Source of the DNA: Nemertoderma westbladi
Taxonomy: Eukaryota; Animalia; Xenacoelomorpha
NCBI GenBank assembly: GCA_032718475.1
Contig: JAUCBJ010006053.1
Coordinates: forward strand, 12,678 to 76,677
DNA length: 64,000 nucleotides
Direction of reading: 5' to 3'
The stretch's first letter is position 1. Each line of letters begins with the position of its first letter. The translations under genes were made by a program, and so were the position numbers. Below the pieces are notes generated by a model. It was not told the origin of the DNA. It was given only the letters and a program-made list of their open reading frames with translations, and made no database searches. Below, piece after piece: positions 1 through 12,770 of this stretch.

Positions 1-1239
1 CCTGGGAAATCTGTAACTACAGATTTGTGGAAGGATAGTGAACTAAGGGAGACTGATAACGAATCAAGGATAGAGGTTATTGAGGATAGTGAGGGAGTGA
101 TGATGAAATGGATACAGAGTCACCATCAGATTCCGAATCAGAGTCAGATACCAACACAGTTCCTAGAACATCTAGTTCTGCCCCAGAAGTAGAAGCAGTT
201 GCAGTTGTGGACGAAACCTCCCAAGAACTCCGAGGAGAAAGATTTATTCGAAATCAGATTTTAAAAGGGTTGCAAGGTCTCTAGAAGCTGAAGATGTTGT
301 GGGCAAATATTATGCAGTATATTTCGATAAGAAGCCGTATTATGGCGAGGGACCTTGAAAGAAGTTCTTCTGGGCGTCTGGATAAATTGAAATTCAAGTT
401 CTTGAGGGAGACTGTTAAGTCCTTGTTCTTACGGCCCACCCATGAAGACATTAAAGTAGTTGACAAGATATTTGTCATAAATGGTCCAATGCAAATAATG
501 CAACTTCCAGAAGGCCCTCAGAATAGTGTTCGAGCTCTTCTAAACAATAAAGCCCAGTATAAATTCTGTGATAAATATGAAGTAGCAGTATTGGCCAAGA
601 TGTTCAAGAAGTATATTGCTGTATATTAAATTATCCTAACTCTTACTGGAGAGGTTACTTCCGCATGCAATAGAACATTTGAATATTGTTTTCGAAAGAT
701 TTTTTTTGTTTATATAGGCCTATATTATTAATGTTTCTGTTTGTTTATTTTGTTAATTTCATTTTCATGATTGGATGAGCTCTTTTATAGTTATTTCCCT
801 ATGCAATTTATAATGTAGTAGGCCCCCTACACTGATATACAGTAAATTAGGTAGTTATACGATATGCAATTTTATAAAGCGGTATCTTATGCAAGCAGCT
901 ATGCAAAACATTTGTTGTGTTTTTTTAAAACCCCCAGTATGTTCAAATTCACCCCTTAGGGCATATGAAAGTGATCCACATCATTTCTAGATAGTGTTAC
1001 ACAAAAAAATATATTTGCGTTCAATTTCACCCCAACTGTAGGGTGAAATTGAACAGAACAGTCACTAAATTTTAATGTCTTGATAATGCCTAAATATGTT
1101 AATTTTACTGTTTCGCCTATTAGCTAACATTATGACCCATAGTTTCATTTCAATGTATCTGACATAAAAAAACACATTCACAAACAACCTTAAATTTATG
1201 TGAAATCTCAAAAGTGTTCAATTTCACCCCCATTTACGG
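1..1239 (+). mobile_element. 3' end of a Tc1/mariner-superfamily (pogo-like) DNA transposon, continuing off the left edge
   Basis: Terminus ...gttcaatttcacccccatttacgg followed by TA (1240-1241). The motif ttcaa(a/t)ttcaccc recurs at ~942, ~1020, ~1041 (inverted) and ~1217. A frameshifted acidic/C-terminal coding remnant lies at 1-629. Confidence 0.55.
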
Positions 1240-2055
1240 TACACCAAACAATGTACCGGTATAAAGGTATTGTCCAACATAACATAGGATTACCCCTAAA
1301 GCTTTGCAGCTTATTTCCAAGGGGGTCCTTTATGTTACTTGGTTACAAATACAATATTACACTATGCTAACCTAAAACCAATATAAAACGTAATTACACT
1401 ATGTACATGTACAACTTTAACGAGAGCGTGACAATGTCCGACTCAACGATAAAGATGTAATGTACAGAACAATTAAAAATAAAACGTAATTACAGTATAA
1501 ATATTAAATAATTAATAAACTAATAACTTACTGTAGGACATATTGTACCTATTTTTACATTGCACACGGAGGTGAGATTTAACTGCAGATTTAAAAGAAT
1601 GTTGATTATTTAGGTTTTTAATTTCATTAGGCAGAGCGTTCCAATTGTTAATGCCGTTAAAAAAGAAGTATCAGATTCAAAGGATTTACAATTCGGGAGG
1701 TAGAACTTTGAAGCACTAGCTCTGGTACTGTAAGAGTGTGTATCGCTAATTGGGACATTTACCATTATACACTTTATGCACATGGTTAAGGCGTAGCTGC
1801 TTAACTCTAACATCTAAGTTAAGTAGTCCAGATTCAGAAAAGTCATCTGGAGTTAGGTGGTGCCTAGGTTTGTAGTCTTTAATAAATCGTACTACTTTAT
1901 TCTGAGCTACTTGTAATTTACATTTAAGCTGTTTGGTTAAGCCTTCATACCAAGAAGAGCACGCATAGTCCATGTGACACTGTATAAAAGAAGAGCAAAG
2001 TAACCTGCGGGAGTCGGTGTTCAAACTATTTTTATTTCTGTATAGAAACCTAAGC

Positions 2056-3687
2056 CTACTGTTTTACTTTCGAGAAAATATTTTTCACTGTGCTTTCTCC
2101 TGATAAGCAGTTATCCAATGTGGCGCCTAAATATTTAACTTCCTTTTTATTTTCAATCTTATGTCCATTACTAGTGACTTCAAACTTAGTTACCTTCTTT
2201 AACTTTCTTTTGGAACCAAACAAAATACTTTCAGTCTTACCGTAGTGAATGGATAGCTTATTATCAACCAACCACTCATTACAGGATTCTAGAACTGCAC
2301 TTAACTTTTGGGAAATATGGATAGGATCTTTATGAGAGAAAATAAGAGCACTGTCGTCGGCATATAAAATGAGTTTAAAATCGGGATCTATACTACTTAT
2401 CATATCATTTACATAGCATACAAAAAGCAGAGGACCTAATATACTACCTTGCGGTACACCACAAGTAATCTCTTGTACAGTAGACTGCGATTTGCTAATG
2501 ACTACAGTTTGACCTCTGTCTGACAGGTACGACTTGAACCAGCCTATAGAACCTACACCCATCAGGCCTAACTTACCAAGCAGAATTTCATGATCTACAG
2601 TATCGAAAGCCTTTTGTAGGTCCAACATTACCATACCAGTATATAAACCCTTTGCGTTATTACATCTAATTGTATCAGTTAAGTTAATAAGGCAGGTGTC
2701 TGTAGAATATGATTTACGAAAACCGGACTGAAGTTCATAGATCAGATTTAGCCTACTAAGATGTGCTTCCAGCTGTAGAAAAACAGAACGTTCTAGAATT
2801 TTAGATACAATACTTAAGATACTAACAGGTCTGTAATTACAGGGTTCTACTTTACTATTCTTTTTATACAGAGGAACAACCTTAGCTAATTTCAGTTCGT
2901 CTGGTACTACATTATCTACGATAGAGAAATTAATAATAAAAGTAATAGGCACTTTAAGTACTTCAGCACCATCCTTAAGAAAACGGGCAGGTATTAGGTC
3001 TAGACCGGTACTTTTTGAGGCTGATAGGCTAAGTAGATTTTTAAAAACGAAATCCTCAGAAACGGGTTTTAAAAATAACTTTTCTGAATTTTGTAACTTT
3101 TCTAAATAAAAATTGTTTAGAGTTTCGGACCCTATACTATATTTATTACTTGATAACGGTAATTTCTTAACTAAATTAGAGGCAACATTAGTAAAATAAT
3201 TATTAAATAAATTACTAACTAGAGTATGATCATGAATCAGCTCACCGTTATCTTGCAGAACAATATTCGATTTAGATTTAAGGTTTTTATAACCTAAAGA
3301 TTTTAGGGTAGACCATAGACTTTTAGGATTATCTTTATTCTCACTTATTTTGTTGTACAAATATTCAGATTTAGCTTTTTTTATTTCCCGTTGGACAAGG
3401 TTTCTATATTTGCAGTAATTATTATAATCAGCTAAAACACGGTATTTCCTAAATTTATACAAATAGTTATCTCTTTCTCTGATATTACTAAGAATACCCG
3501 AGGTCATCCAGGGCTCAGTGCGTTGTTTAAGACAGATTTCTTTAATTGGTGCTACAGTATTAAGTGCCTTTAGAAATATATCTTTAAAAACAGTGTACGC
3601 AAGGTTAATGTCAGCGGCCTTAAAACAGGGTTCCCAGTCAGAATTTACTAACAAACTTAAAAAGCGTTCCTTGCTGTAATTTTTCAT
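2056..3687 (-). pseudogene. LINE ORF2 reverse transcriptase fragment
   Basis: RT motifs [39 protein letters not shown] and YLG; frameshifted at both ends. Confidence 0.95.
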
Positions 3688-3702
3688 AGACCTAACTAAC
3701 AG

Positions 3703-4164
3703 TTACTGTTTTATGATCCCCGAAAAAAGATTTTTGTGTTTTTTCTTTCTTGTGCAAAAAACTATAAAATGATCGCTTAGACCTATCGGTAAAACCCCAA
3801 ATTGAGAAATAATATCGGTATTATTACAAAGGATGTGATCTAGTAAAGTAGAAGTTTTACTGGTAATTCTGGTAGAATCTCGAATAATTTGTTTTAAACC
3901 AAACAAATTTAAAATACTTTGGTACTGATGATGGGGGATTGCTTTGGTGATGGGGGATGCTTTGTGATGGTAACAGATATTAAAATCACCTAAGAAATAT
4001 ATTTCACAGTCTGACCTAATATTACATAAAATTGTTTTTTCAAAATTTTGCAAAAAATCTGATTGTTTAGGGGGCCGATATAAAGTACCGATTAAAATAG
4101 GTTTAGTTTTAGGAAGTAAAAGTTCCACCAATAAAACTTTTAAAAGTTTCACTCTCAGCATCAC
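3703..4164 (-). pseudogene. LINE ORF2 apurinic-type (APE) endonuclease fragment, N-terminal part missing
   Basis: Motifs YRPP, GDFN, TLLDHI and SDH. Confidence 0.9.
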
Positions 4165-4367
4165 TTGGAGTTTGCAGAGGCGATGTGAGGAATGAATCGT
4201 CGGTTTCTGATTCTAAAATAGTATCATGAAAGGGAAGTTCGGTAAAAATACAGCTATTGTAGAGAAAACTTGGCTCAAGATTGTTTCTGGTGGAGAATAA
4301 ATTACTGCTTTTCCTACGGTAACATTTTAAATGTACAAATGTGTCACAACTCTGTACTGTGTACATT

Positions 4368-4683
4368 TAACGAATGGACCACGAATAATTTTAAGCGTGG
4401 CGTGGCTAAGCATTCGTATCGCATGTGGTACGAACGAATGAACCACGAATTATTTTTTGTGTGGAGTGGAAGCATTCGTATCGCATGTGCCACGAATGAT
4501 GAGCCACGAATATATTTACAAGTGAAATCTCACATGCGATACGAATACTATACGCATTCGTTAAATTATTCGGACTGACGAACCATTGACGAAGGCTTCA
4601 CGAATCTTAAATAACATTGCACGCACCTTTTACGAATGCTGCATGTGGTACGAATGCGTTACGCATGGGGATTTTTTACTGGG
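4368..4683. mobile_element. One-ended repeat insertion with cgaat/attcgt subterminal repeats (possible EnSpm/CMC-like MITE end)
   Basis: Dense acgaat / cattcgta / cgcatgtg repeats. The minus-strand start is CCCAGTAAAAAA at 4683. It separates the 2A-like motif from the PHD remnant; no second terminus is visible. Confidence 0.45.
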
Positions 4684-5076
4684 TTGGTCTCAATATCCCC
4701 AGCCAGAGACAGAAGACAGAGTTTGGCGATTAGGCCTCTAGTTCGTGGAGAGGAGACCCAAGATCTTCTTCCCCGACGAGAGCAGTAGAGGCTAAATCCA
4801 CTCGTCAACCACATCTCCGTCGATTCGGCGAGGCAGTTCGAAACGGTAGCGACAGGGTGTTCGGCAAACCAGTCCAATATGGGTATTGGGTGGGTTGCAG
4901 GGTTACCCCGCGGATCGGATGGTTCTGCCACAACGAAACGGCCCAGAATGATGACAACTTTGGAGATTAAGAGCGGTGACATTGTGCTGTCTGGCTGTAG
5001 TCTGATTAAAAGATAAAAACTGTATAGGCCTAGTACCAGTATCTTTCTTGGTCTTATTGTCGGCAGGCCTACAGCT

Positions 5077-5682
5077 GGTACGTACTAAAAGGTAGAACGA
5101 TCTATAACGGGCTATAACTTCCCCATAACAAGCTATAACCACCTATAACGAGCTATAATCTGAAAATTTACAATAAAAAAACCTATTTTCGAATGGATTT
5201 ATTATCCTAGTCAGTAATTTAATTAAGCAATTTGGTTTTTTAGTCCATAATGCTTTTCATCTTTGTGGTATCACGAAATCAGTCATTACTGCATTAGTTA
5301 GCATGCCACTACTGCATTATCTGACTTTCAGACAGTGCAGCAGAGGAGAGGTCTCTCATCTCTCTGTCTATCCTCCATCCTGCTATATCCGCTGTCAGCT
5401 TCTGGTCGATATAGAATACAGGAATGTGAGCAATATAGGCCAATAAAAAAAACTTACCAGTATCAATTAGGCATAGGCAGATAGGCCTACCCAAATTTTT
5501 AACCTGCGGGATTTTTCAGACCACCGTGTTAATCCAAAAGTTAAACACCCAAGGGGTGTTTTTTAATGTAAATTTTCATATTATAGCTCGTTACAGGTGG
5601 TTATAGCCTGTTTATAGGAAATTATAGCCCGTTATAGATCGTTATAGCCTGTTATAGATCGTTCTACATTTTAGTACGTACC
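5077..5682. mobile_element. MULE-like MITE
   Basis: ~100-bp TIRs ggtacgtactaaaa...ttttagtacgtacc with internal ctataac repeats; 9-bp TSD cctacagct at 5068-5076 and 5683-5691. Confidence 0.9.
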
Positions 5683-7248
5683 CCTACAGCTGTTCTATTC
5701 CAGGCAGCAATGGAAGCTGCTGGCCCATTCTCAACTAGGTAATAATATATACATCACAAAATAATATAAATTGCTGCAACAAAAAAGTTATGTAGAGCTT
5801 CCAAACGTGTTTCATCGAATTATTTCAGCAAAATATAAATATTGGAGTTCTTTTTCAACCCACCCACCCGCCGTTGAAATATTTAGTATCTAAAATATAT
5901 TTTACTTTTGGGTTTTGATTATATTTGAAATATTTTCTGAACAGATATTCTGCGAATATCTGTTCAGAAAATATTATTGGGTAGATTACGCAAAAAGTGG
6001 CCAAAATTGTGTCAGACGTAATTTCGCCATTCCATGAGCCATAACTCAGCAGAAAATAACCCAAACCATATAAACCTATATATATTTCTATAGAGCGAAT
6101 TTTCGCCCATTTTTTGGCATTGGTTTTAAGCAATTTGACATATATTTTCCTTGGATTACAAGCACGAAATATTTTCCTTGGATTACAAGCACGAAATGGA
6201 CATATGATGCGATGTCCAATGCTAAGTTTTTGAGATACAAACGATCATAACCAAATGTCAGTAAGAGATACTTCCAGTAAACTATATATCAGCTAAAAGC
6301 TTATTTCATGATCTACAATCCAGTACTAGTCGTTACTGGGGTACACTTCTTTATAGTTTTGTTTTTTGAGGAATGAAAAATGCTACATGTCGTTTTTATA
6401 AATTTTTTAGGTGTTGTAACGCTCATTTTTGAAACATATTTTTTTATTGTGAAATGTGTTTGTTTCAAGGTAAGTATTTTCCGAAAGATAATTTTAGTGG
6501 CTATCCATACATATACAAATAAACGCTAATCGATAAGTCCAGCAGAAATTATGCCCAAAAGTTTGCCAAGTAGTTTTTTTACGTCATTGGAAATGTCCAT
6601 CTTGTAACGCCCTTATTTTTGCTATAACTTTTCTTCCACAAATCGGATTTACTTAATGTAAAGTTTATTTATACCGCTTCTGAAAGCGCTATCTAATGAT
6701 ATACAAGGTCAAGCTTTCACGTTAACCTAATGAGATTGCTAAGCATGTCCACAGTTGTCCTGCATGTAACAGTATGTCACGCATTGTAACGCTGTCTCAC
6801 TTGTAACGCATGCATGAGCATAAACTTTCGTTACAGATGAGACATGTCCAAAATGCAACGCATGTATAAACAAATTATTTGCGTTACAGATGAGACATGT
6901 CCAAAATGTAACGCCAAAAGAACATAAATTAGAGAGTTGATATTTATTTGAACCACAATTTTCCTTTCCTCTTATTGGCTAAAAAAATGCAATAATGAAA
7001 CCTGATGTTAAAGTAGAGGGAATTTTAAAAAGGAAAGCAGGGTCTCATTGTTCTGAAGCTATTATAGTTATATTAGTATAGCTAAATAATAGTTAGGGTT
7101 CATTTATTACATTAATTGAGACACTAAAATACTGGGACATAGGCTACCTATGATAAATATCCTGGTTGTTACCTAAAAATTCAATGGAAAGAAAATTTAA
7201 TGGAGAGGGAAACAGCGGCGGAGCGCCAATGGATTAACTAGAGAAAGG

Positions 7249-10068
7249 GTGCGGAAATTTCGACAGGCGAAAAAAGACGACTCTGAATGGAAAGATACAC
7301 AGGCTTTGAAAGCACGTGAAAGGCGAGCTGCAAGAAAGCTTGAAGGTGACGTTTTGCTGACACGAGCTTCTGCAGCGCAGTATCGTTTGAAAATACACAC
7401 TCAATGTGTGAAATGGGCAGCAACAAAAAGAGAACAACGGAAGAATCATGACAAAAAGGGAATGGAAATTGATTCTGAAAATGTTTCTCTAAATGTACCG
7501 AAACGTTCCACTGCAGCAAAGCGCCGCCGTCGGTTGAATACGGATAGAAAAAACTGTATCATTAAACATTTACAACGAAAATTGGAACTAGCCCAGAAAC
7601 GCAATAATTCCTTGAGTCGTAGAATCCTCCGGAACCAAATTCAATGCGCTAGATGTAAGACAACTTCCATGACACCTGCGCAGACAGTTTTGAAGTCTGT
7701 TACTAAATCGTTGACACCACGGTCTAAACAGAAATCTGTTTCGCGACTAAAGAATCGAAAGGAGGTTTTGAAAGATTTACGAAACCTTGGTTGCAGAATT
7801 CGGTTAAGTAATAGATTCCAACGTACATCTGAAATGAGTGCTCAACGAGCAGCTTCACTTCGTGAAGCGGTTGAGGGTTTTGTGAGACGGGACGACGTAT
7901 CAAAAGAGTGTCCTGATAAGTCGAAAAAGTCAATTGATGTTAGATTCGGTCATATAACGTCAGAGGTTCCCTTGCGATATCAAATGGAAAATCTTCTTAT
8001 CTTACATTCTCGGTTTCTTTATGAAACAGGAAAAGAAATTTCGTACTCAGTGTTTACTAGATACTGGCCACGCGACGTCATTCAACCTAGAGCATCGGAC
8101 TGGGGAACATGTTTATGCGTTATCTGCGTGAATCCACAGTTAATGGTAGAAAGTTTGGTGGCGGCCAAGTTATTGCCCACTGGAAGTGTTGCTTGTGAAA
8201 TCGCATTTCGTGAGAATAGTAATTGGTCAAAGAGTATTAAATGTTCTAGTATCAAAAACATAGAAGTCCAGCAATGGATAAATGATTATGATGTCGATAA
8301 GGGTAAGAGGTTCTGGCGTAAAGTGACTAGATCTATTCGCTTGAAGTCGTTTACTGATATTATAGTAAAGGAATTGGATGGACTTAAAGCACACATTGAG
8401 TGAGTTAAGGCGCAGTTTTCTGCAATCAAGGGTGTGAAGGCAAAACGGGATAAACGAAGTATCATTATTCATGCCGATTGGAATGAAAATTATGCTGCAC
8501 CAAATCCTGGAGAAATACATAGCGCTTACTATGATAAAAGATCTGTTTCACTTCATCCAATGTTAGTTTGGAAAGGAGACGAAGAGAAAGCCACCTCCTA
8601 CATTGCTATGAGTGAAGATACAAAGCACAAGGCTGCGGCTGTTTTCACCAGTATTCGTATGGTAATGAGAGAGGCGATGAAAGAAGTGAAGGCTGAACTC
8701 AACTCCGAGTGTGTTGAAAATGTTACAATAATTAGCGATTCACCCTCCTCGCAATATCGTAATAGGTATATTCTGTACTTATTTCAGAAGTATTGTACTG
8801 AAATTAAGAAGAACTGCAGATGGATATATCTGGAGGCTGGACACGGGAAGAGCCCGGTGGATGGAATAGGAGCAACGGCAAAACGAGTCCTGGATTCCGC
8901 CATTAGCCTGCATGTTTGTGACGATACTCCGACCTTTGGCAGGATGGTAGATATGTTGCGATCGAGAATAATCTCAAAAGTTATCACCTATACAAGTGGC
9001 GACATAGGGAAAGTGAATAATACACTAAAATCGGTAAATATACGTCCAGTTGTTGGCATTGGGAAATGTCACGATGTGCTATATATCCCCAACTCTACTG
9101 CTGTTATTATGAAGAAGAAGTCTTGCAATCTAAATGATTGTGAACTGAGATGCCTTCAGCATGGAATTATATGGAATGTTCTGTTTGGCAAGAAGGGGCT
9201 CAGTAAGGAAGTGAAAAAAAACGATGGGTGTGGAGACAAGGTGGATGGGAGTGGAGACGAGGTGGATGGGAGTGGTGACGAGGTGGATGGGAGTGGAGAC
9301 GAGGTGGATGGGAGTGGAGACGAAGTGGATGGGAGTGGAGACGAGGTTGGGAGTGGAGACGAGGTGGATGAGAGTGGAGACGAGGTGGATGGGAGTGGAG
9401 ACGAGGTGGATGGGAGTGGAAAGGAGGTGGATGGGAGTGGAGACGAGGTGGATGGGAGTGCAGACGAGGTGGATGGGAGTGGAGACGAGGTGGATGGAAG
9501 TGGAGACGAGGTGGATGGGAGTGGAGACGAGGTGGATGGGAGTGGAGACGAAGTGGATGGGAGTGGAGACGAGGTGGATGGGAGTGGAGACGAGGTGGAT
9601 TGGAGTGGAGACGAGGTGGATGGGAGTGGAGACGAAGTGGATGGGAGTGGAGACAAGGTGGATGGGAGTGGAGATGAGGTGGATGGGAGTGGAGACGAGG
9701 TGGATGGGAGTGGAGACGAAGTGGATGGGAGTAGAGACGAGGTGGATGGTAGTGGAGACGAGGTGGATGGGAGTGGAGACGAGGTGGATGGGAGTGGAAA
9801 GGAGGTGGATGGGAGTGGAGACGAGGTGGATGGGAGTGGAGACGAGGTGGATGGGAGTGGAGACGAGGTGGATGGGAGTGGAGACGAGGTGGATGGGAGT
9901 GGAGACGAGGTGGATGGGAGTGGAGATGGGAGTGGAAAGGAGGTGGATGGGAGTGGAGATTGTAATATTGTATGTTGTAATATTGCATATAACTGTATCA
10001 TAATAATTTCGATATTATGTCATAATAAAATGCCTCCAAATTATTTCTTATTTGATTGGTCAGTTTAA
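7249..10068 (+). pseudogene. Sola2-like DDD transposase interrupted by one in-frame TGA (8401-8403), with a minisatellite-encoded C-terminal tail
   Basis: ORFs 7249-8403 and 8434-10068 are in the same frame. Motifs CLCVIC, ADWNENY, SDSPSSQYRN and EAGHGKSPVDGIG. The flanking motif gcgttaca(g/t)atgagaca occurs at ~6829, ~6881 and ~10100. The superfamily call is from recalled motifs; TIRs were not found. Confidence 0.7.
9225..9960 (+). repeat. 21-bp G-rich minisatellite (gacgaggtggatgggagtgga)n, ~35 units, encoding (DEVDGSG)n
   Basis: Directly visible tandem array, in frame with the transposase ORF. Confidence 0.98.
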
Positions 10069-10629
10069 ACTCTAGCGACTACCTGATTGGTTTAAACTTG
10101 CGTTACATATGAGACAAATCGTTACCGACAGGACATAAGTTTTTCGTCCATAACTTCTTTACTATTGGTGGAAAAAATGAACCACTATGAAATTTGAAAT
10201 CAGCACATAAAGGGCTTTCAAAATATGTATGGTTTGATAGGGTTTGCGAACAATTTTTTTTTAATTTTTTAACCTGGAATTTGGCCATTTTTTGCGTAAT
10301 CGACCCATTGATGTTTGCAGATGTGCTCATTGTTATTTTGGAATTGACTATCACAATAACTGTAGGGACATGGAATATCCATTGTGCAGTAAGGTAGAGT
10401 GAATACAGTATTAGAGTAAGTGGCAACAAACAGATAACTATTTTGTATAAGGCATATTATATTATGTGTGCTGTGGTCCCACTTTACTGTAACGAAATGA
10501 GTTTTTATTTTAAAAATAGCATTGAAACGCCAATAAAGAAATTAAAATAAAGTCAAGAAATATACCGCAAAAAATAAAGAAATTTTTAACATCACACGGT
10601 AAATTCGCTATGGATCCTGTTCAGAGATA

Positions 10630-12215
10630 GACTCATTCTTGTGGTTGCTATGCATACACACCTTCGTTGCTAAGGCTTCTAGCGGGCAATAAAAATATTT
10701 TGCCAACAAATATTGTTTGAAATCACATATTTTCAACTAATTTCAACCAACTGCTTTCTCGTTGCTATGGTTGATACCTAGTTGCTATGGAAACAAACCT
10801 CTGTTGTTAAGGTGTGGTCGTCAAATATATAATGTAATTGTGTAATCCAAAAAAGGTCCACATGCAAATATTCACCAATAACCAACTAATCGTTCATCCG
10901 TTGCTATGCAATACACTTTGCTATGGAAAATGACTATTGCCAACTTTTGTCAGTCTATAACCTATATTGCATAGTAAGCATGACATAAACATTTAACTGC
11001 ATGATGGTTGCTATGGACTATACCTTGTTGTTTATGGTAAAGACCCCCTGTTGCTATGGTGTGGTCCCTAAGTATATCATATAATTATAATAATCAATCT
11101 ATGTCTACATACAAATTTTCAACAAAAACCAACCAACCCTTCGTCTGTTGCCACTGTATGTACAGGAATACACATCTGTTGCCATGGATACTGACTGGCA
11201 TAGTCTTACCAACTTCACACATGTCTGTCTACCAACTACCCAGGCATACTGTAATCTTTCAACAATGAGGCAACGCATTGACATTTGGATGCAAGTTATA
11301 TTTATTTTAACAACGATTTTGTAATAATTTTGTAGCAACCTTGATAAATTAGCTTGAGGCGTTGCCATGGGCAACATGTTACACTTTGGGACCCTAGACA
11401 ATTTTTACCGCGTCTAAAACGGCCTATTTACTGAGGAAACAACAAATTAAAACCGCGGTAAGGAATACCTATTGAGTTAGAAGTGCTTTTATTCAATTCA
11501 TACAGCAGCTGCCATGACGACAGAGATACAACGCAAAATTATGATACTCAAATATTATGAAAATTAGCTAAAATGTGGAATTTTTTCAGGAAATCCTTAA
11601 GTCCATGTTAATGAAATCCGGATATTTAGTGCATTCGAAAGCTAAGAGTATTATCTATCTTTATATGTAAAGAACTCGTCATGAAACCTACGGGAAGTTA
11701 CATTTTAATGAGATCGTGTTTTTGTGTGAATTGGCGTGACACCAAAATATTGTCGTTCAATCTTGAATAAAACTGAGCCATCGGCATGAAATGTTATAAA
11801 TGATACATAATTAGTTGCGTAAACACATAATCTATCGATTAGGAAAAAAAAATATTGAAAAAAATATGAATGGAAGCGGCCAAAATCGTATATAGTACAT
11901 AATAAATAATTTATAACTATTTATAATAGTTATAAATAGCCTGTCACTTGTATAAATTTACGAAATTCATTGACGCCAGGCATGTCACATAATTATATTT
12001 TCATAATTTAATAAAAAAATTCATTCAAAAATGAGACAACTATAAAATTATTCTGTTTTGAAATTTCAGAATAATTAACAAGCGTTGTGGCAATAGGTGC
12101 AAGGTCACAGTTATCTCAAATATCACCTTATATCCCAGTTGCTATGGAAACTAAGGTGACTAAGGAAACTATATGCTCTAGAAAAAATTCCCCAAGGATG
12201 CCGAAGTGGCACCTT
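10630..12215. repeat. Non-coding interspersed repeat with many gttgc(t/c)atgg motifs
   Basis: More than 10 copies of gttgctatgg / gttgccatgg(caac/aaac) at 10644-11375 and again at ~12138; no credible ORF. Confidence 0.5.
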
Positions 12216-12689
12216 GAAAAACGAAAATATTTCCCGGAGCCCTTTTAAAATTATTTAGTAATTAAATTATTAACTAATATTACTAATATTAAATTTATTT
12301 AAAATAAATGAACAGACTAAATTCTTATCATGTTATGTTGGCAATGTTGCATGGAATCCAAAAAATGAAAAACAATATTAATTGGCGGAGTCCATTTGTA
12401 ATTATTTAATAATTAAATTATTAAATAATATTAATAATATTACTAACGTTAAATTACAATGAACTTTCGAAATACTTAATAACTCATCTTCGCAAAGTTT
12501 CTTGAAGTCCAAAATATGGAATGAAGGAAATGGTTGAGTCCGTTTTTTATTAATATTTATTAGTTAAATTATAATTATTAATAAAATAATTACATTTAAC
12601 TAAATTAATGGACGAAATACAAGGCGTGGTGTGCTAGCTATGTTGCATAAGTTTTATAAATAGTGAAGGAAAATAATTGGCAGGGTCAA
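12216..12689 (+). repeat. Left arm of a ~474-bp inverted repeat flanking the Chapaev-like transposase
   Basis: Reverse complement of 15332-15804 (gaaaaacgaaaatatttcccggagccc...aattggcagggtcaa), with scattered mismatches. Confidence 0.95.
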
Positions 12690-12770
12690 TTTATCACTAC
12701 TGTTTAATGTTTATGTAATCCAGATATTATAAACAAAACATAAATATATATAGAAATATACTGTAGGAAA

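Larger units (their letters stand above)
1560..5040 (-). mobile_element. Degraded CR1-group (L2/Crack/Daphne-like) non-LTR retrotransposon; boundaries approximate
   Basis: Collinear minus-strand pieces: 2A-like LLSLAGDIETNP (~4680-4715), PHD-like CDTFVHLKC (~4320-4350), APE (3703-4164), RT (2056-3687) and C-terminal HMDYACSSW / KLQVAQNKVVRFI (1746-2024). Confidence 0.9.

Noticed and set aside
9225-9960. CRISPR-like array
   Set aside because: Head-to-tail repeats without unique spacers, in a eukaryotic context with no cas genes.
9156-10003. ORFs (PLPSTSS)n, (HSHPPRL)n and (MGVETRW)n
   Set aside because: Alternative frames of the stop-free 21-bp minisatellite, not independent genes.
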